Shown here in pieces: positions 50,346 through 59,859 of a DNA stretch of 64,000 nucleotides (its first letter is position 1; each line of letters starts with the position of its first letter). The notes under the pieces are model-generated. The model saw only the letters and a list, made by a program, of their open reading frames with translations. It made no database searches and was not told the DNA's origin. The stretch comes from an uncultured delta proteobacterium (GTDB taxonomy: Bacteria; Desulfobacterota; Binatia; Binatales; Binataceae). The stretch covers positions 448,001-512,000 of the forward strand of contig CAVRVY010000003.1 in NCBI GenBank assembly GCA_963724765.1, written 5' to 3'. The position numbers and the translations under genes are program-made.

Positions 50346-51605
50346 ATGCCAACTTCGCATTCATCCAAGCCGGCGACGGCCGCCGCGGCGCCCGGCGGCG
50401 CGTCGCGCCTAATCCTGTTCGCGACCGTCTTCTTCGACCTGCTCGGCTTCGGCATCGTGATTCCATTTCTGCCGATGTACGCCGCGCGCATGGGTGTCGG
50501 CGCGGTTGGGATCGGGCTGGTGCTCTCGGCCTACTCGATAATGCAGTTCATCTTCGCGCCGCTGCTCGGGCGGCTCTCGGATCGGATCGGCCGGCGTCCG
50601 ATCATCATGCTGGGATTGTTCGGCTCCTCGCTGAGCTACCTGATCTATGGATTCACGACTTCATTCGCGGGCCTGCTGATCTCGCGCGCGGTTCACGGCG
50701 CGTGCGCGGCGACGATTTCGACCGCACAGGCCTACGTCGCTGACACTACCGAAGAATCAAAACGCGCGCACGCGATGGGGATGATCGGCGCGGCATTCGG
50801 ATTGGGCTTCGTGCTGGGGCCGGCAGTCGGTGGCCTGCTCGGCGCGATCAGCCTGCGCACGCCGGTGCTGTTCGCGGCGGCGTTGACCTTCGTCAATCTG
50901 ATCTTCGCTGCGGTCTGGCTGCCCGAATCGCGCGATCCGCACAAGACCGCGCGCGGCACGAGCGCCGGGCCGGGCGCGCGCGCAGAGGCGCACGAAGGAT
51001 CGCGCGCAGGATCGCGATGGTCGTTCGAGCTGCCACGCCTGCTCGGGCGCCATCGCGCGCTAGCGCCCTTGTTCGTAGTGGCCTTCCTCATCACCTTCGC
51101 GATCGCCGGGTTGGAGGCGACCTTCGCACTGACCGTGCCCGCGGTTTACGGCTACGCGGCGGCCGGAGTCGGCGGACTGTTGGCCTTCGCCGGCTTGGTG
51201 CAGGCGATCGCGCAGGGCTACCTGATCGGCAAACTGGCGCCGCGCACGGGCGAGGCTGCGCTGGCGGTGGCCGGTGCGGCGGCCCTTGCGATAGGTCTGG
51301 CGCCGTTGGGAAGCTGGTCCTCGCACGCCGCGCTTTACGGGATGCTGATCCTGATCGCGTCGGGTTACGGATTCGGCACCACTGCGGTCGCCACCCTGAT
51401 TTCGCGGCGCACAGGGCGCGAGTTACAGGGCGAAGCGCTGGGGATCAACCAGTCAGTACTCTCGCTGGCGCGCGTGATCGGCCCAATTGCGGGCGGGATG
51501 GCCTACCAGGCGATGGGGCCGGCGGCGCCGTATCTGGGCGGCGCGGCAGTGGCGATGGTGGCGATGGTGGTGGCGGCGCGTATGATCCATAGTCGAGCGG
51601 CCTGA
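50346..51605 (+). CDS. MFS drug:H+ antiporter (TetA/DHA1-like)
   Basis: DLLGFGIVIP, GRLSDRIGRRP, motif C GFVLGPAVGG. Confidence 0.92.
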   Translation: MPTSHSSKPATAAAAPGGASRLILFATVFFDLLGFGIVIPFLPMYAARMGVGAVGIGLVLSAYSIMQFIFAPLLGRLSDRIGRRPIIMLGLFGSSLSYLIYGFTTSFAGLLISRAVHGACAATISTAQAYVADTTEESKRAHAMGMIGAAFGLGFVLGPAVGGLLGAISLRTPVLFAAALTFVNLIFAAVWLPESRDPHKTARGTSAGPGARAEAHEGSRAGSRWSFELPRLLGRHRALAPLFVVAFLITFAIAGLEATFALTVPAVYGYAAAGVGGLLAFAGLVQAIAQGYLIGKLAPRTGEAALAVAGAAALAIGLAPLGSWSSHAALYGMLILIASGYGFGTTAVATLISRRTGRELQGEALGINQSVLSLARVIGPIAGGMAYQAMGPAAPYLGGAAVAMVAMVVAARMIHSRAA

Positions 51606-51620
51606 GGAAGGAGCGGCGCG

Positions 51621-52058
51621 ATGGTCAATTGGGCGGCCCTCATCGGATGGGGAATCGTTTTTCATCTGTTCGGCGTGATCATTTGGATCGGCAGCTTGCT
51701 GGTGATCGCGTCGATGCTCTCGTTGGCTACCGAGGAGGTGGGCGCGGCACGCGAACGGCTCATCTTGGTTTCACGACGACTGTTCCAGATCGGATGCAAT
51801 CTCGGAGCGCTGGCCACGGTCTTTTTCGGGATCATCCTGATCTTGCTCGATCCGGCCGTTCTCATGGTGGGCTGGTTGCATGCGAAGCTGGTCCTGGTGC
51901 TCGTGCTGCTCTACCTCCACTACCGGCTCTACCGCCGCATCCTGAATCTCGAGAACGACCCTTCGGGCGCCTCCGCCCGCGAATTCAAGATGATTCACGG
52001 ATTGGTCAGCGTGCTGCTGCTCGCGATTCTCGCGCTCGCCGTGCTCAAGCCGTTCTAG
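51621..52058 (+). CDS. hemJ: Protoporphyrinogen oxidase HemJ-like membrane protein
   Basis: HLFGVIIWIGSL, GWLHAKLVLV, C-terminal AVLKPF. Confidence 0.8.
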   Translation: MVNWAALIGWGIVFHLFGVIIWIGSLLVIASMLSLATEEVGAARERLILVSRRLFQIGCNLGALATVFFGIILILLDPAVLMVGWLHAKLVLVLVLLYLHYRLYRRILNLENDPSGASAREFKMIHGLVSVLLLAILALAVLKPF

Positions 52059-52107
52059 TGCGGTGGTCTCAAGATACCCTGCGACCCCAGCCCGCGGGAA
52101 CCGCGCG

Positions 52108-52136
52108 AGATTCTTTATTTCGTTCAGGATGACAGG
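52108..52136. repeat. REP-like half element (GTCATCCTGA..GAATCTC type)
   Basis: Minus strand CTGTCATCCTGAACGAAATAAAGAATCTC resembles a widespread intergenic repeat; single copy in window. Confidence 0.35.
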
Positions 52137-52157
52137 ACTGTAGCGGCGGAAGTTTTA

Positions 52158-52850
52158 TTAGCGGCGGAACTGCACGACGCGATTGCCGGCGACTTCCTGC
52201 ATGCCCGGAACGTGCATCGGAACTCTTCTGCCAATCCTGGGCACGATCGGAAAGGGATTGCGGAATTGCAGGGTTTGGCCGTCGAAAGTTTCGAAACTGA
52301 CCGCGGTCGCGACATTGACCGTCATCTCGAGCGCCACCCCTTCCAACACCATCGCTTGCGTCCAGGCCCGACTGCCGTCCACGCCTCTGACATAGTGCCA
52401 TTCGATCGGAGGGCCTACGCGAGTGAAAGTCTTATACAAAGCGCTAGTGTCGCGCGGCTTGAGCAGCGCGTAAGCCACGATGGCCTGGGCGCGTCGGAGG
52501 CCGGCCAGGATATATCCAGCATGGCGCACCAGCCGTGCCGCACCAGGCGCGAGCGCCCACAGTTCACCGCATTCGTATACGCTTTCGGGCGGTAGATGGG
52601 TCAGGTCTGGACGCGGATAGCTCTGCGGGAACATCGCCAGATTGTGGAACACAAATCCCGCGAGCATCTCGTCCGGATCGGGTCCTGCCTCATTATAAAG
52701 GGCGCAGACCTGACCGTAGTTAAGATGAATTTCTCCAACGAGTGATTGCGGCGCCTCGCAAAAACCCAGCCCTCTTCCGGCTCTTGCACGGGTCATTCGA
52801 TCGGCGAATTCACGCCGTTCGGATTGCGTTGTTAGGATCCGCAATTGCAA
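52158..52850 (-). CDS. Hypothetical protein with LuxI/FeeM-like GNAT acyltransferase topology
   Basis: 230 aa, TTG start behind AAGGTG; pattern QLRILTT-helix-..LAGFVFH..VYECGELWA-helix-AIVAYA..LYKTFTRVG..QAMVL. Confidence 0.65.
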   Translation of the reverse strand: MQLRILTTQSERREFADRMTRARAGRGLGFCEAPQSLVGEIHLNYGQVCALYNEAGPDPDEMLAGFVFHNLAMFPQSYPRPDLTHLPPESVYECGELWALAPGAARLVRHAGYILAGLRRAQAIVAYALLKPRDTSALYKTFTRVGPPIEWHYVRGVDGSRAWTQAMVLEGVALEMTVNVATAVSFETFDGQTLQFRNPFPIVPRIGRRVPMHVPGMQEVAGNRVVQFRR

Positions 52851-53055
52851 TGCATCACCTTGGGTTCATCCTGCGGCCAATATCTCTATCTTTGTGACTT
52901 ATCTTTTAGCCTAATGTTGCATGTTTGCAAAGAGCTTGATGCAGAACTGCCTGCTTTCAATCACCTAGAAACCCAATTTATCGCGAATTCACTCGATTTT
53001 CTTTGGGCACATTAATTGCGCGTAGAGCCAATCTGAGGGGTTCAGGAGCCCTATA

Positions 53056-55743
53056 ATGCGCCAACTCATTTCGGCAAGCTCTGAAGACCCCAATTCGGAG
53101 AGCTTCAGCTTTGATCTGAAGCCTACTTTGCCCGACGACGCCTGGGCGGTGCTGCTCACGCGCGTCGGCATCATTATCATCCTCGTCACGCAACCTCTGT
53201 TCATAGTCTCAGAACTCAGACTTGGCAACGCGCAAGAAGTCAATCCCTGGCTGCTCGCCGGTTTTCATCTCTTCAATTTTGCCGCCGCGTCCGCCGGGCT
53301 CGGCATAAGTTGGACGCGCGCGTTTCGCGAGCACTGGCGCTCGGCGGCTTTCTCGCTGTGCGCGATGCTTATCGTCAGCTCGACCGTGATGAGCATGGCG
53401 GCGGGCGGGCGTCACGAGGCGTTATTCGTCTCGTTGCTGCTCATCATGCTGGGCTCCGCGATGCTGGTGCCGTGGGAAGCACCGTGGCAGTTGGGGCTCG
53501 GCTTGCTCAGCGTATCCGCGCTGCTGGCCAACACGATGCTGGCCAGCCACGCGAACCTTAACGTCTTCTATCATTGGTTGGGCGTCATCACCGCGGCGTG
53601 CCTCTCGCAGTGCGCGACGAGCTTCGGTGTGCGTTACCGCGAGCGCACGCAGCAGTACAAGGCGCTGCGCGAACGCGACCTGCAACTCGGCGAAAGCGAG
53701 GAAAAATTCCGCCGCGTGTTCGAAACCAGCTCCGACGCGATCATCATCACCCGAACCAGGGACGGCCACGTCATCGACCTCAACCGCGAGTTCGTCGACC
53801 GCACCGGTTACACCCGCGAGGAAGTGCTCGGCCGCAGACCCTCGGACCTTGACCTGTGGGACGACCGCGAGCAGGCTAGGCTGCTGTCCGAAGCGATCAA
53901 GGCGACCGGCTTCGCGCGCAATGTCGAGGGCCGCTTCCGGATGCGCAACGGCGAGCCGGTCACGGCGCTGATTTCCTCGGTCAGGGCGATGATCAACGGT
54001 GAGGAGTGCGTGATAAGCGCCGTGCGCGACGTGACCGAGCTGCGCAAGGTCCACGAGGCATTGGTCGCCGCGCGCGAGGTTGCGCTGGCGGCTTCGGAAG
54101 CCAAGTCGCAATTCCTCTCCTGCATGTCGCACGAGATCCGCACTCCGCTCAACGTCATCCTCGGCTCGGCCGATCTGCTCACCGACACCCAACTCGGCCC
54201 CGAGCAGCGCCATTACGTCGATCGCGTGATCAACAACGGCTCCAACCTGCTCGAGCTTCTCAACAGCATCCTCGACCTCACCCGAGTCGAAAGCGGACAG
54301 CTCAGCCTCGAGCAGTCGCCCTTCAACGTCGCCGAGCTGACCGAGCGCGTCGCCGACACGCTCGCTCTGCGTACGCGCGAGACCCAGGTCGAACTGGTGA
54401 CCCGCTTCGCCCCCGATCTGCCGGTCACCCTGCTCGGCGATCCGCTGCGGCTCAACCAGGTGCTGACCAACCTCGTCGGCAACGCGCTCAAGTTCACCGA
54501 GCACGGCGAGGTCGTTGTCACCATCGAGCGCGACACGCAGAGCCGCGATCCCGGCGCGCTGCGCTTTTCGGTAAGCGACACCGGCATCGGCATCGAGCCC
54601 GAAAAGCTCACCTCGATTTTTTCGCCCTTCGCCCAGGCCGACTCCTCGACCACGCGCAAATACGGCGGCAGCGGGCTGGGACTCGCGATCGTCGAGCGCC
54701 TGGTGCAGTTAATGGGCGGCCGAGTATGGGTTCAAAGCGAAGTCGGCAAGGGCAGCACCTTTCACTTCACCGCCCGCTTTGGCGTGGCGCAGGGCGCAGG
54801 GGCGGCGCCGGCGCGGATCGACCTGGGCGGCGTGCGGGTGCTGATCATGGACCGCAACGCCACCTGCCGCGCTACCGCGCGCGAGATTTTCGAAACCCAT
54901 GGCGCCACCGTGATCGAGGCCGCCTCAACGGACGAGGCCACGGCGGCGGTCGAGCAGGCTACCCGCGCCGCCGAGCCGTTCGAACTCGTGTTCGCCGATT
55001 GCTCGCGCCCTGAGGCCGGCGGTTTCGAGCTCGCCCGGCGCATCGGCGCAAGCGCGGGCGCCACGGCCGGGCTCACGGTGGCAACCGTCAGTTCGTACGA
55101 TCTGTCGAAAGCCTTCGTCGGACTGCGTGAAGCCGGCCTCGAACACTACGTGGTCAAGCCGCTCAAGCGTGCCGACCTGCTGGCCGCGGCGGCGGACTTC
55201 GCAAAGCGCGCTCCGGCCGCAAAACCGTTGACCGGCGCAGCCGCCGGCGCGTTCGATCAGTCCGCGGCAACGCTGCCAGATAATCTCACGGCATCGACCG
55301 TGCAGGTGGCTCTGCCGATCGGCGCTGGTGAGCCTGCGGCGGCGCCCTGCCGAATTCTGCTGGCCGATGATTCAATCGACAACCGCCTGTTGATTCGCGC
55401 CTATCTCGGCAGGACCGGTTATGGACTCGACGAAGCCGAGAACGGCCAGGTCGCGGTCGACAAACTCCTAAGCGGCCGCTACGACCTCGTCCTGATGGAC
55501 ATCCAGATGCCGGTGATGGACGGTTTCACGGCCGTGCGGCGCATCCGGCAATGGGAGCACGAGCATGGCGCGCGCCGCACCCCAATCATCGCACTGACGG
55601 CGTCCACCTTCGACGAAACCGTACGCAAGGCGGTCGAGGCCGGATGCGACTCGCATCTGGGCAAGCCGCTCAAGCGCGCCACCCTGCTGCGCGTCATTCG
55701 CGAGACCGCGCTCGGCGACCGACACGCCTCCGCCGCGGCCTGA
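53056..55743 (+). CDS. Multi-TM (about 6) hybrid histidine kinase (TM-PAS-HisKA-HATPase-REC-REC)
   Basis: Six hydrophobic segments, SEEKFRRVFE PAS, MSHEIRTPLN, G boxes, LMDIQMPVMDG. Confidence 0.92.
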   Translation: MRQLISASSEDPNSESFSFDLKPTLPDDAWAVLLTRVGIIIILVTQPLFIVSELRLGNAQEVNPWLLAGFHLFNFAAASAGLGISWTRAFREHWRSAAFSLCAMLIVSSTVMSMAAGGRHEALFVSLLLIMLGSAMLVPWEAPWQLGLGLLSVSALLANTMLASHANLNVFYHWLGVITAACLSQCATSFGVRYRERTQQYKALRERDLQLGESEEKFRRVFETSSDAIIITRTRDGHVIDLNREFVDRTGYTREEVLGRRPSDLDLWDDREQARLLSEAIKATGFARNVEGRFRMRNGEPVTALISSVRAMINGEECVISAVRDVTELRKVHEALVAAREVALAASEAKSQFLSCMSHEIRTPLNVILGSADLLTDTQLGPEQRHYVDRVINNGSNLLELLNSILDLTRVESGQLSLEQSPFNVAELTERVADTLALRTRETQVELVTRFAPDLPVTLLGDPLRLNQVLTNLVGNALKFTEHGEVVVTIERDTQSRDPGALRFSVSDTGIGIEPEKLTSIFSPFAQADSSTTRKYGGSGLGLAIVERLVQLMGGRVWVQSEVGKGSTFHFTARFGVAQGAGAAPARIDLGGVRVLIMDRNATCRATAREIFETHGATVIEAASTDEATAAVEQATRAAEPFELVFADCSRPEAGGFELARRIGASAGATAGLTVATVSSYDLSKAFVGLREAGLEHYVVKPLKRADLLAAAADFAKRAPAAKPLTGAAAGAFDQSAATLPDNLTASTVQVALPIGAGEPAAAPCRILLADDSIDNRLLIRAYLGRTGYGLDEAENGQVAVDKLLSGRYDLVLMDIQMPVMDGFTAVRRIRQWEHEHGARRTPIIALTASTFDETVRKAVEAGCDSHLGKPLKRATLLRVIRETALGDRHASAAA

Positions 55744-55764
55744 GCTTCGGGCCGTCCGGGGCGC

Positions 55765-56958
55765 TCAGGCGGCCGAGCCGTTGTAGGCGCGGTCGGCGGC
55801 GGCAAGCGATTTGCCGCGCGCGATCTCGAAGCCCATCGACTCCAGGATCGTCTCGAGCGCGCTCAGGATCAGCATCACGTTCTCGCGCTTGCACGACTCA
55901 CCCATCAGGCCGATGCGCCACACCTTGCCCTTGAGCGGCCCCAACCCGGCGCCGATCTCGATGTTGAACTTTTCCAGCAGTTGCGCACGCACCCTGGCCT
56001 CGTCGATCCCGGACGGCACCGCGACCGTGGTGAGCTGCGGCAGCCGGAAGCCCGGCTGCGCCGCGAGCCCCAGCCCCATCCCCTCGATTCCCGCCTGCAG
56101 CGCGGCTGCGTTGCCGCGATGGCGCCGAAAGCGCGCCTCGGACCCCTCCTCGACCATGATCCTGAGCGCCTCGTACAAGGCGTAGTTCATCGTGATCGGC
56201 GCGGTGTGATGATAGACGCGGTCGGGTCCCCAGTACTTCTCGATCAGCGAGAGGTCGAAGTACCACGAGGTGCACGGCGTCTTGCGCTTGCGTACGACTT
56301 CCATCGCCCGCGCGCTGAAGGTCACCGGTGACAGTCCCGGCGGTGCGCCGATACCTTTTTGCGTGCAACTGTAGCAGGCGTCGATCTGCCACGCGTCGAT
56401 CTCCAGCGGCACGCATCCGAGCGACGTCACTCCGTCGGCCGTCATCAGCGCGCCGTGCGCATGCGCCATCTTCGAGATCTCCTCGATCGGCTGATGGATC
56501 CCGGTCGAGGTTTCGGCGTGCACGATTGCGACCAGCTTGGGCGACTTGGCCGCCTTGAGCGCCTGCTCGATCCGCTCGGGCTCGACGATTCTGCCCCACT
56601 CGGCGTCGACCCGATGGATCCGCGCGCCGAGCCGCGTCGCGACTTCGACCATCCGCGCGCCGAACACGCCGGCCGTGCCGATCACCACCTCGTCGCCCGC
56701 CTCGACCAGGTTCGCCATCACGGTTTGCATCCCGGCCGAGCCCGTGCCGGAGACCGGGAAAGTGATCTCGTTGGCGGTGCTGAAAACTATCCTCAGCATC
56801 TTTTTGATGTCGTCCATCACCTTGACGAAGTCGGGATCGAGATGGCCGACCATCGGCGACAGCATCGCCTTCATTACCCGCGGATGAATGTTCGAGGGGC
56901 CCGGTCCAAGGAGCACGCGGGCGGACGGTTGCAACTCCGGAAACGAGGAACTTGGCAA
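55765..56958 (-). CDS. Alanine/serine--glyoxylate aminotransferase (class V PLP)
   Basis: LLGPGPS, HAETSTG, SCTQKG, YHHTAP, VWRIGLMG; TTG start behind GGGAG. Confidence 0.93.
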   Translation of the reverse strand: MPSSSFPELQPSARVLLGPGPSNIHPRVMKAMLSPMVGHLDPDFVKVMDDIKKMLRIVFSTANEITFPVSGTGSAGMQTVMANLVEAGDEVVIGTAGVFGARMVEVATRLGARIHRVDAEWGRIVEPERIEQALKAAKSPKLVAIVHAETSTGIHQPIEEISKMAHAHGALMTADGVTSLGCVPLEIDAWQIDACYSCTQKGIGAPPGLSPVTFSARAMEVVRKRKTPCTSWYFDLSLIEKYWGPDRVYHHTAPITMNYALYEALRIMVEEGSEARFRRHRGNAAALQAGIEGMGLGLAAQPGFRLPQLTTVAVPSGIDEARVRAQLLEKFNIEIGAGLGPLKGKVWRIGLMGESCKRENVMLILSALETILESMGFEIARGKSLAAADRAYNGSAA

Positions 56959-57153
56959 AGGCGGTCTCCCTTTTAAGCGCCGGTTAGGTTGAGCGGCGCT
57001 CGGGAGCGCGGCCCGTCGCCGGCGGCGATTTTGCGCTGCGACCATTATTGACCGGACGGGCGCGCATGGCAAAAGCGCGCGCCGCGCGCGGCGGCCGCAG
57101 CGCGCCGCGCGTATCGGATCCGATTCAGCGCGATCATGCTACAGTAGCTGGCC

Positions 57154-58593
57154 GTGGAAAGCCTCGCCGCCGCCTCGCAACTCGCCGCGGAGCTGGCCGA
57201 AATCGTCGGCGCCGACGGAGTCGTCTCGCATCTGAGCGAACTCGCCGTCTACGAGTGCGACGGATGGACGATCGGCAAAAGCGCGCCCGACCTGCTGGTG
57301 CTGCCGCGAACCACCGCGCACGTAAGCGGCGTTCTGGCCGCGCTCGCGCGGCGCGCAGTGCCCTTCGTCCCGCGCGGCGCGGGCACCGGGTTGTCCGGCG
57401 GGTGCCTGCCGCTCAACGCGCCGGTGATGATATGCACGTCGCGCATGAACCATATCGTTGCCTGCGACCTCGCCAATCGGCGTATCGAGGTTGAAAGCGG
57501 CGTGGTCAATATCAACGTGACCAACGCGGTCAAGACGGCCGGCTACTTTTACGCGCCCGACCCTTCCTCGCAGGCCGCCTGCACCATCGGCGGCAACATC
57601 GCCGAGAACTCGGGCGGCCCGCATACGCTCAAGTACGGCGTCACCACCAACCACGTGCTGGGAGTCGAACTGGTGCTCGCGGGCGGCGAAGTCGTCGAGC
57701 TGGGCGGCGCGGCCGACGAGCGCCTGGGCTACGACCTGCTCGGCGCCGTGGTAGGCGCAGAGGGCACCGCGGGAATCGTGACGCGCGCGACGCTGAGGTT
57801 GCTCCGCGAACCGCAGGCGCATCGCACGATGCTCGGAATTTTCGCCGACGTCGAACGCGCAACCGCGGCGGTCAGCGCGATTATCGCCGCCGGAATAATT
57901 CCGGGCGCGATCGAAATGATGGACACGCTCATCATTCGCGCGGTCGAGGCGGCCTTCAAAGTCGGCTTTCCCGCCGACGCCGGCGCCGTGCTGATCGTCG
58001 AGATCGACGGGCTGGAGGTGGGGCTCAGCGAGCGCGCCGAGCGCATCGCGCGCATCGCCACCGAGGCCGGCGCGGTCGAGGTGAAACTGGCACGCGACGA
58101 GGCCGAGCGTGCGCTCCTATGGAAGGCGCGCAAGCGCGCTTTCGGCGCGGTCGGCCGGCTCGCGCCAAACTATGCCACCCAGGACGGCGTGGTGCCGCGC
58201 ACGCGGCTGCCCGACATTCTGCGCGTGATCACGATGCTCAGCCGCCACTACCAGCTCGCGATCGGCAACGTCTTCCATGCCGGCGACGGCAACATCCATC
58301 CGATCGTACTCTACGACGAGCGCGATCCCGACCAGGTGCGGCGTGCGATCGAAGTCGGCCGCGAAATTCTGAAGGCCTGCGTGGAGATGGGCGGCAGCCT
58401 GACCGGCGAGCACGGCATCGGGGTCGAGAAGCAGAATGAGATGCCGCTGCTGTTCGCGCCCGAGGATCTCATCGTGATGAGCGAGCTGCGCCGCGTGTTC
58501 GATCCTGCCGGACACGCCAACCCCAACAAGATCATTCCGCAACCCGGCGGCTGCGTCGAAGTTGCCGCGCCGCGCCGCCAGGCCCCGCTGTAG
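57154..58593 (+). CDS. glcD: Glycolate oxidase FAD subunit GlcD
   Basis: RGAGTGLSGG, PDPSSQ..CTIGGN, KYGVT, HAGDGNIHP, GEHGIG. Confidence 0.9.
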   Translation: MESLAAASQLAAELAEIVGADGVVSHLSELAVYECDGWTIGKSAPDLLVLPRTTAHVSGVLAALARRAVPFVPRGAGTGLSGGCLPLNAPVMICTSRMNHIVACDLANRRIEVESGVVNINVTNAVKTAGYFYAPDPSSQAACTIGGNIAENSGGPHTLKYGVTTNHVLGVELVLAGGEVVELGGAADERLGYDLLGAVVGAEGTAGIVTRATLRLLREPQAHRTMLGIFADVERATAAVSAIIAAGIIPGAIEMMDTLIIRAVEAAFKVGFPADAGAVLIVEIDGLEVGLSERAERIARIATEAGAVEVKLARDEAERALLWKARKRAFGAVGRLAPNYATQDGVVPRTRLPDILRVITMLSRHYQLAIGNVFHAGDGNIHPIVLYDERDPDQVRRAIEVGREILKACVEMGGSLTGEHGIGVEKQNEMPLLFAPEDLIVMSELRRVFDPAGHANPNKIIPQPGGCVEVAAPRRQAPL

Positions 58594-58596
58594 CCG

Positions 58597-59859
58597 ATGA
58601 GCGACACCCAGGCCGACAAGGTCGAAAATGCGATCCACCGGCTGCTGGGCGCCGAGCGCGTGCGCGCGCCGCGCGGGCGCGAAATCCTGGCCGCGCGGAT
58701 AATCGCCGAACCGCGCGACAGCGATGAGATCGCCGCGATCGTCCGCCAATGCGAAACCCACCGGATCACGCTCGCGCCGCTCGGCGCCGCGCGCACGCTC
58801 GGCGAAATCCGCCGCGCGCCCGCGATGCTCGGCGTCTCGCTCGCCCGCATGGACCGTATCGTTGCCTACGAGCCGGACGACATGACCGTGATCGCTGAGG
58901 CCGGGATGACGCTTGGCGCGCTCAACCAGCGCCTGGGAGAGCACGGACAGCGCCTGCCGCTCGACCCGCGCAGCCCCGATGCAACAACGCTCGGCGCGTT
59001 GATTGGGGCGTCGCAGGCCGGCCCGCTCAGGCTTTCCGAGGGCACGCCGCGCGACCTGCTGATCGGCGTGCGCTTCGTCGGTCACGCGGGACGCGCGGTG
59101 CACGGCGGCGGCAGGGTAGTCAAAAACGTCGCCGGCTATGATTTGATGAAAGTGATGACCGGATCGTTCGGGACGCTCGGAATAATCACGGAGGCTGCTT
59201 TCAAGCTGCGGCCGATTCCCGAGGGCTACACGACGGGTATCGCGCCGTTTGCGCGCGCGGCCGACGCTTTCGGCGCGGCGATGAAGCTTCATGACACGCT
59301 GCCGCTGGTTCACGTCGAGGTGCTGAGCCCCGCGTTTGCCGCGCGCTTCGGCCATCCGGGCGCTTTTCTGCTGATGGCCGCGATCGCCGGCAATGCCTCC
59401 GAGTTGGAGTATCAGCGTGGCCATTTCGGCGGGCTTGACGGCGTCGCGTTCAGCGAAGGTGCGCGCGCCGTCGAGACCTATGAGCAACTGCGCGATCTCG
59501 AATTTGCGCCCGCTGCGATCGCCGCCCAGCTCGCCACCGCGCCAGCCGAGCTCGGCCGATGCGTCGAGGGCCTGGGCGCCGAATTTCGTGCGCACGCGGG
59601 ATGCGGCGTCGCGCAGATTTTCATCGGCGGCGAGTTTGACTACCCCGCGCAGGCGCGGGAGACGCTTAACCGATGGCGCGGCGCGGCGCACGCCGCGCAT
59701 GGCCATCTGCGGCTGCTCGCGGCCGCGCCGGCGCTCCGATCGGAACTGGATTTTTTCGACGAACCGCCGGCCAGCGCGCTCAAGCTGATGCGCCGGCTCA
59801 AGACCGCGTTCGACCCGGCCGGAATTTTCAATCCCGGATGTTTCGTTGGGGGAATTTGA
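58597..59859 (+). CDS. glcE: Glycolate oxidase subunit GlcE
   Basis: YEPDDMT, GGRVVKNVAGYDL, GSFGTLG, FDPAGIFNPG. Confidence 0.88.
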   Translation: MSDTQADKVENAIHRLLGAERVRAPRGREILAARIIAEPRDSDEIAAIVRQCETHRITLAPLGAARTLGEIRRAPAMLGVSLARMDRIVAYEPDDMTVIAEAGMTLGALNQRLGEHGQRLPLDPRSPDATTLGALIGASQAGPLRLSEGTPRDLLIGVRFVGHAGRAVHGGGRVVKNVAGYDLMKVMTGSFGTLGIITEAAFKLRPIPEGYTTGIAPFARAADAFGAAMKLHDTLPLVHVEVLSPAFAARFGHPGAFLLMAAIAGNASELEYQRGHFGGLDGVAFSEGARAVETYEQLRDLEFAPAAIAAQLATAPAELGRCVEGLGAEFRAHAGCGVAQIFIGGEFDYPAQARETLNRWRGAAHAAHGHLRLLAAAPALRSELDFFDEPPASALKLMRRLKTAFDPAGIFNPGCFVGGI

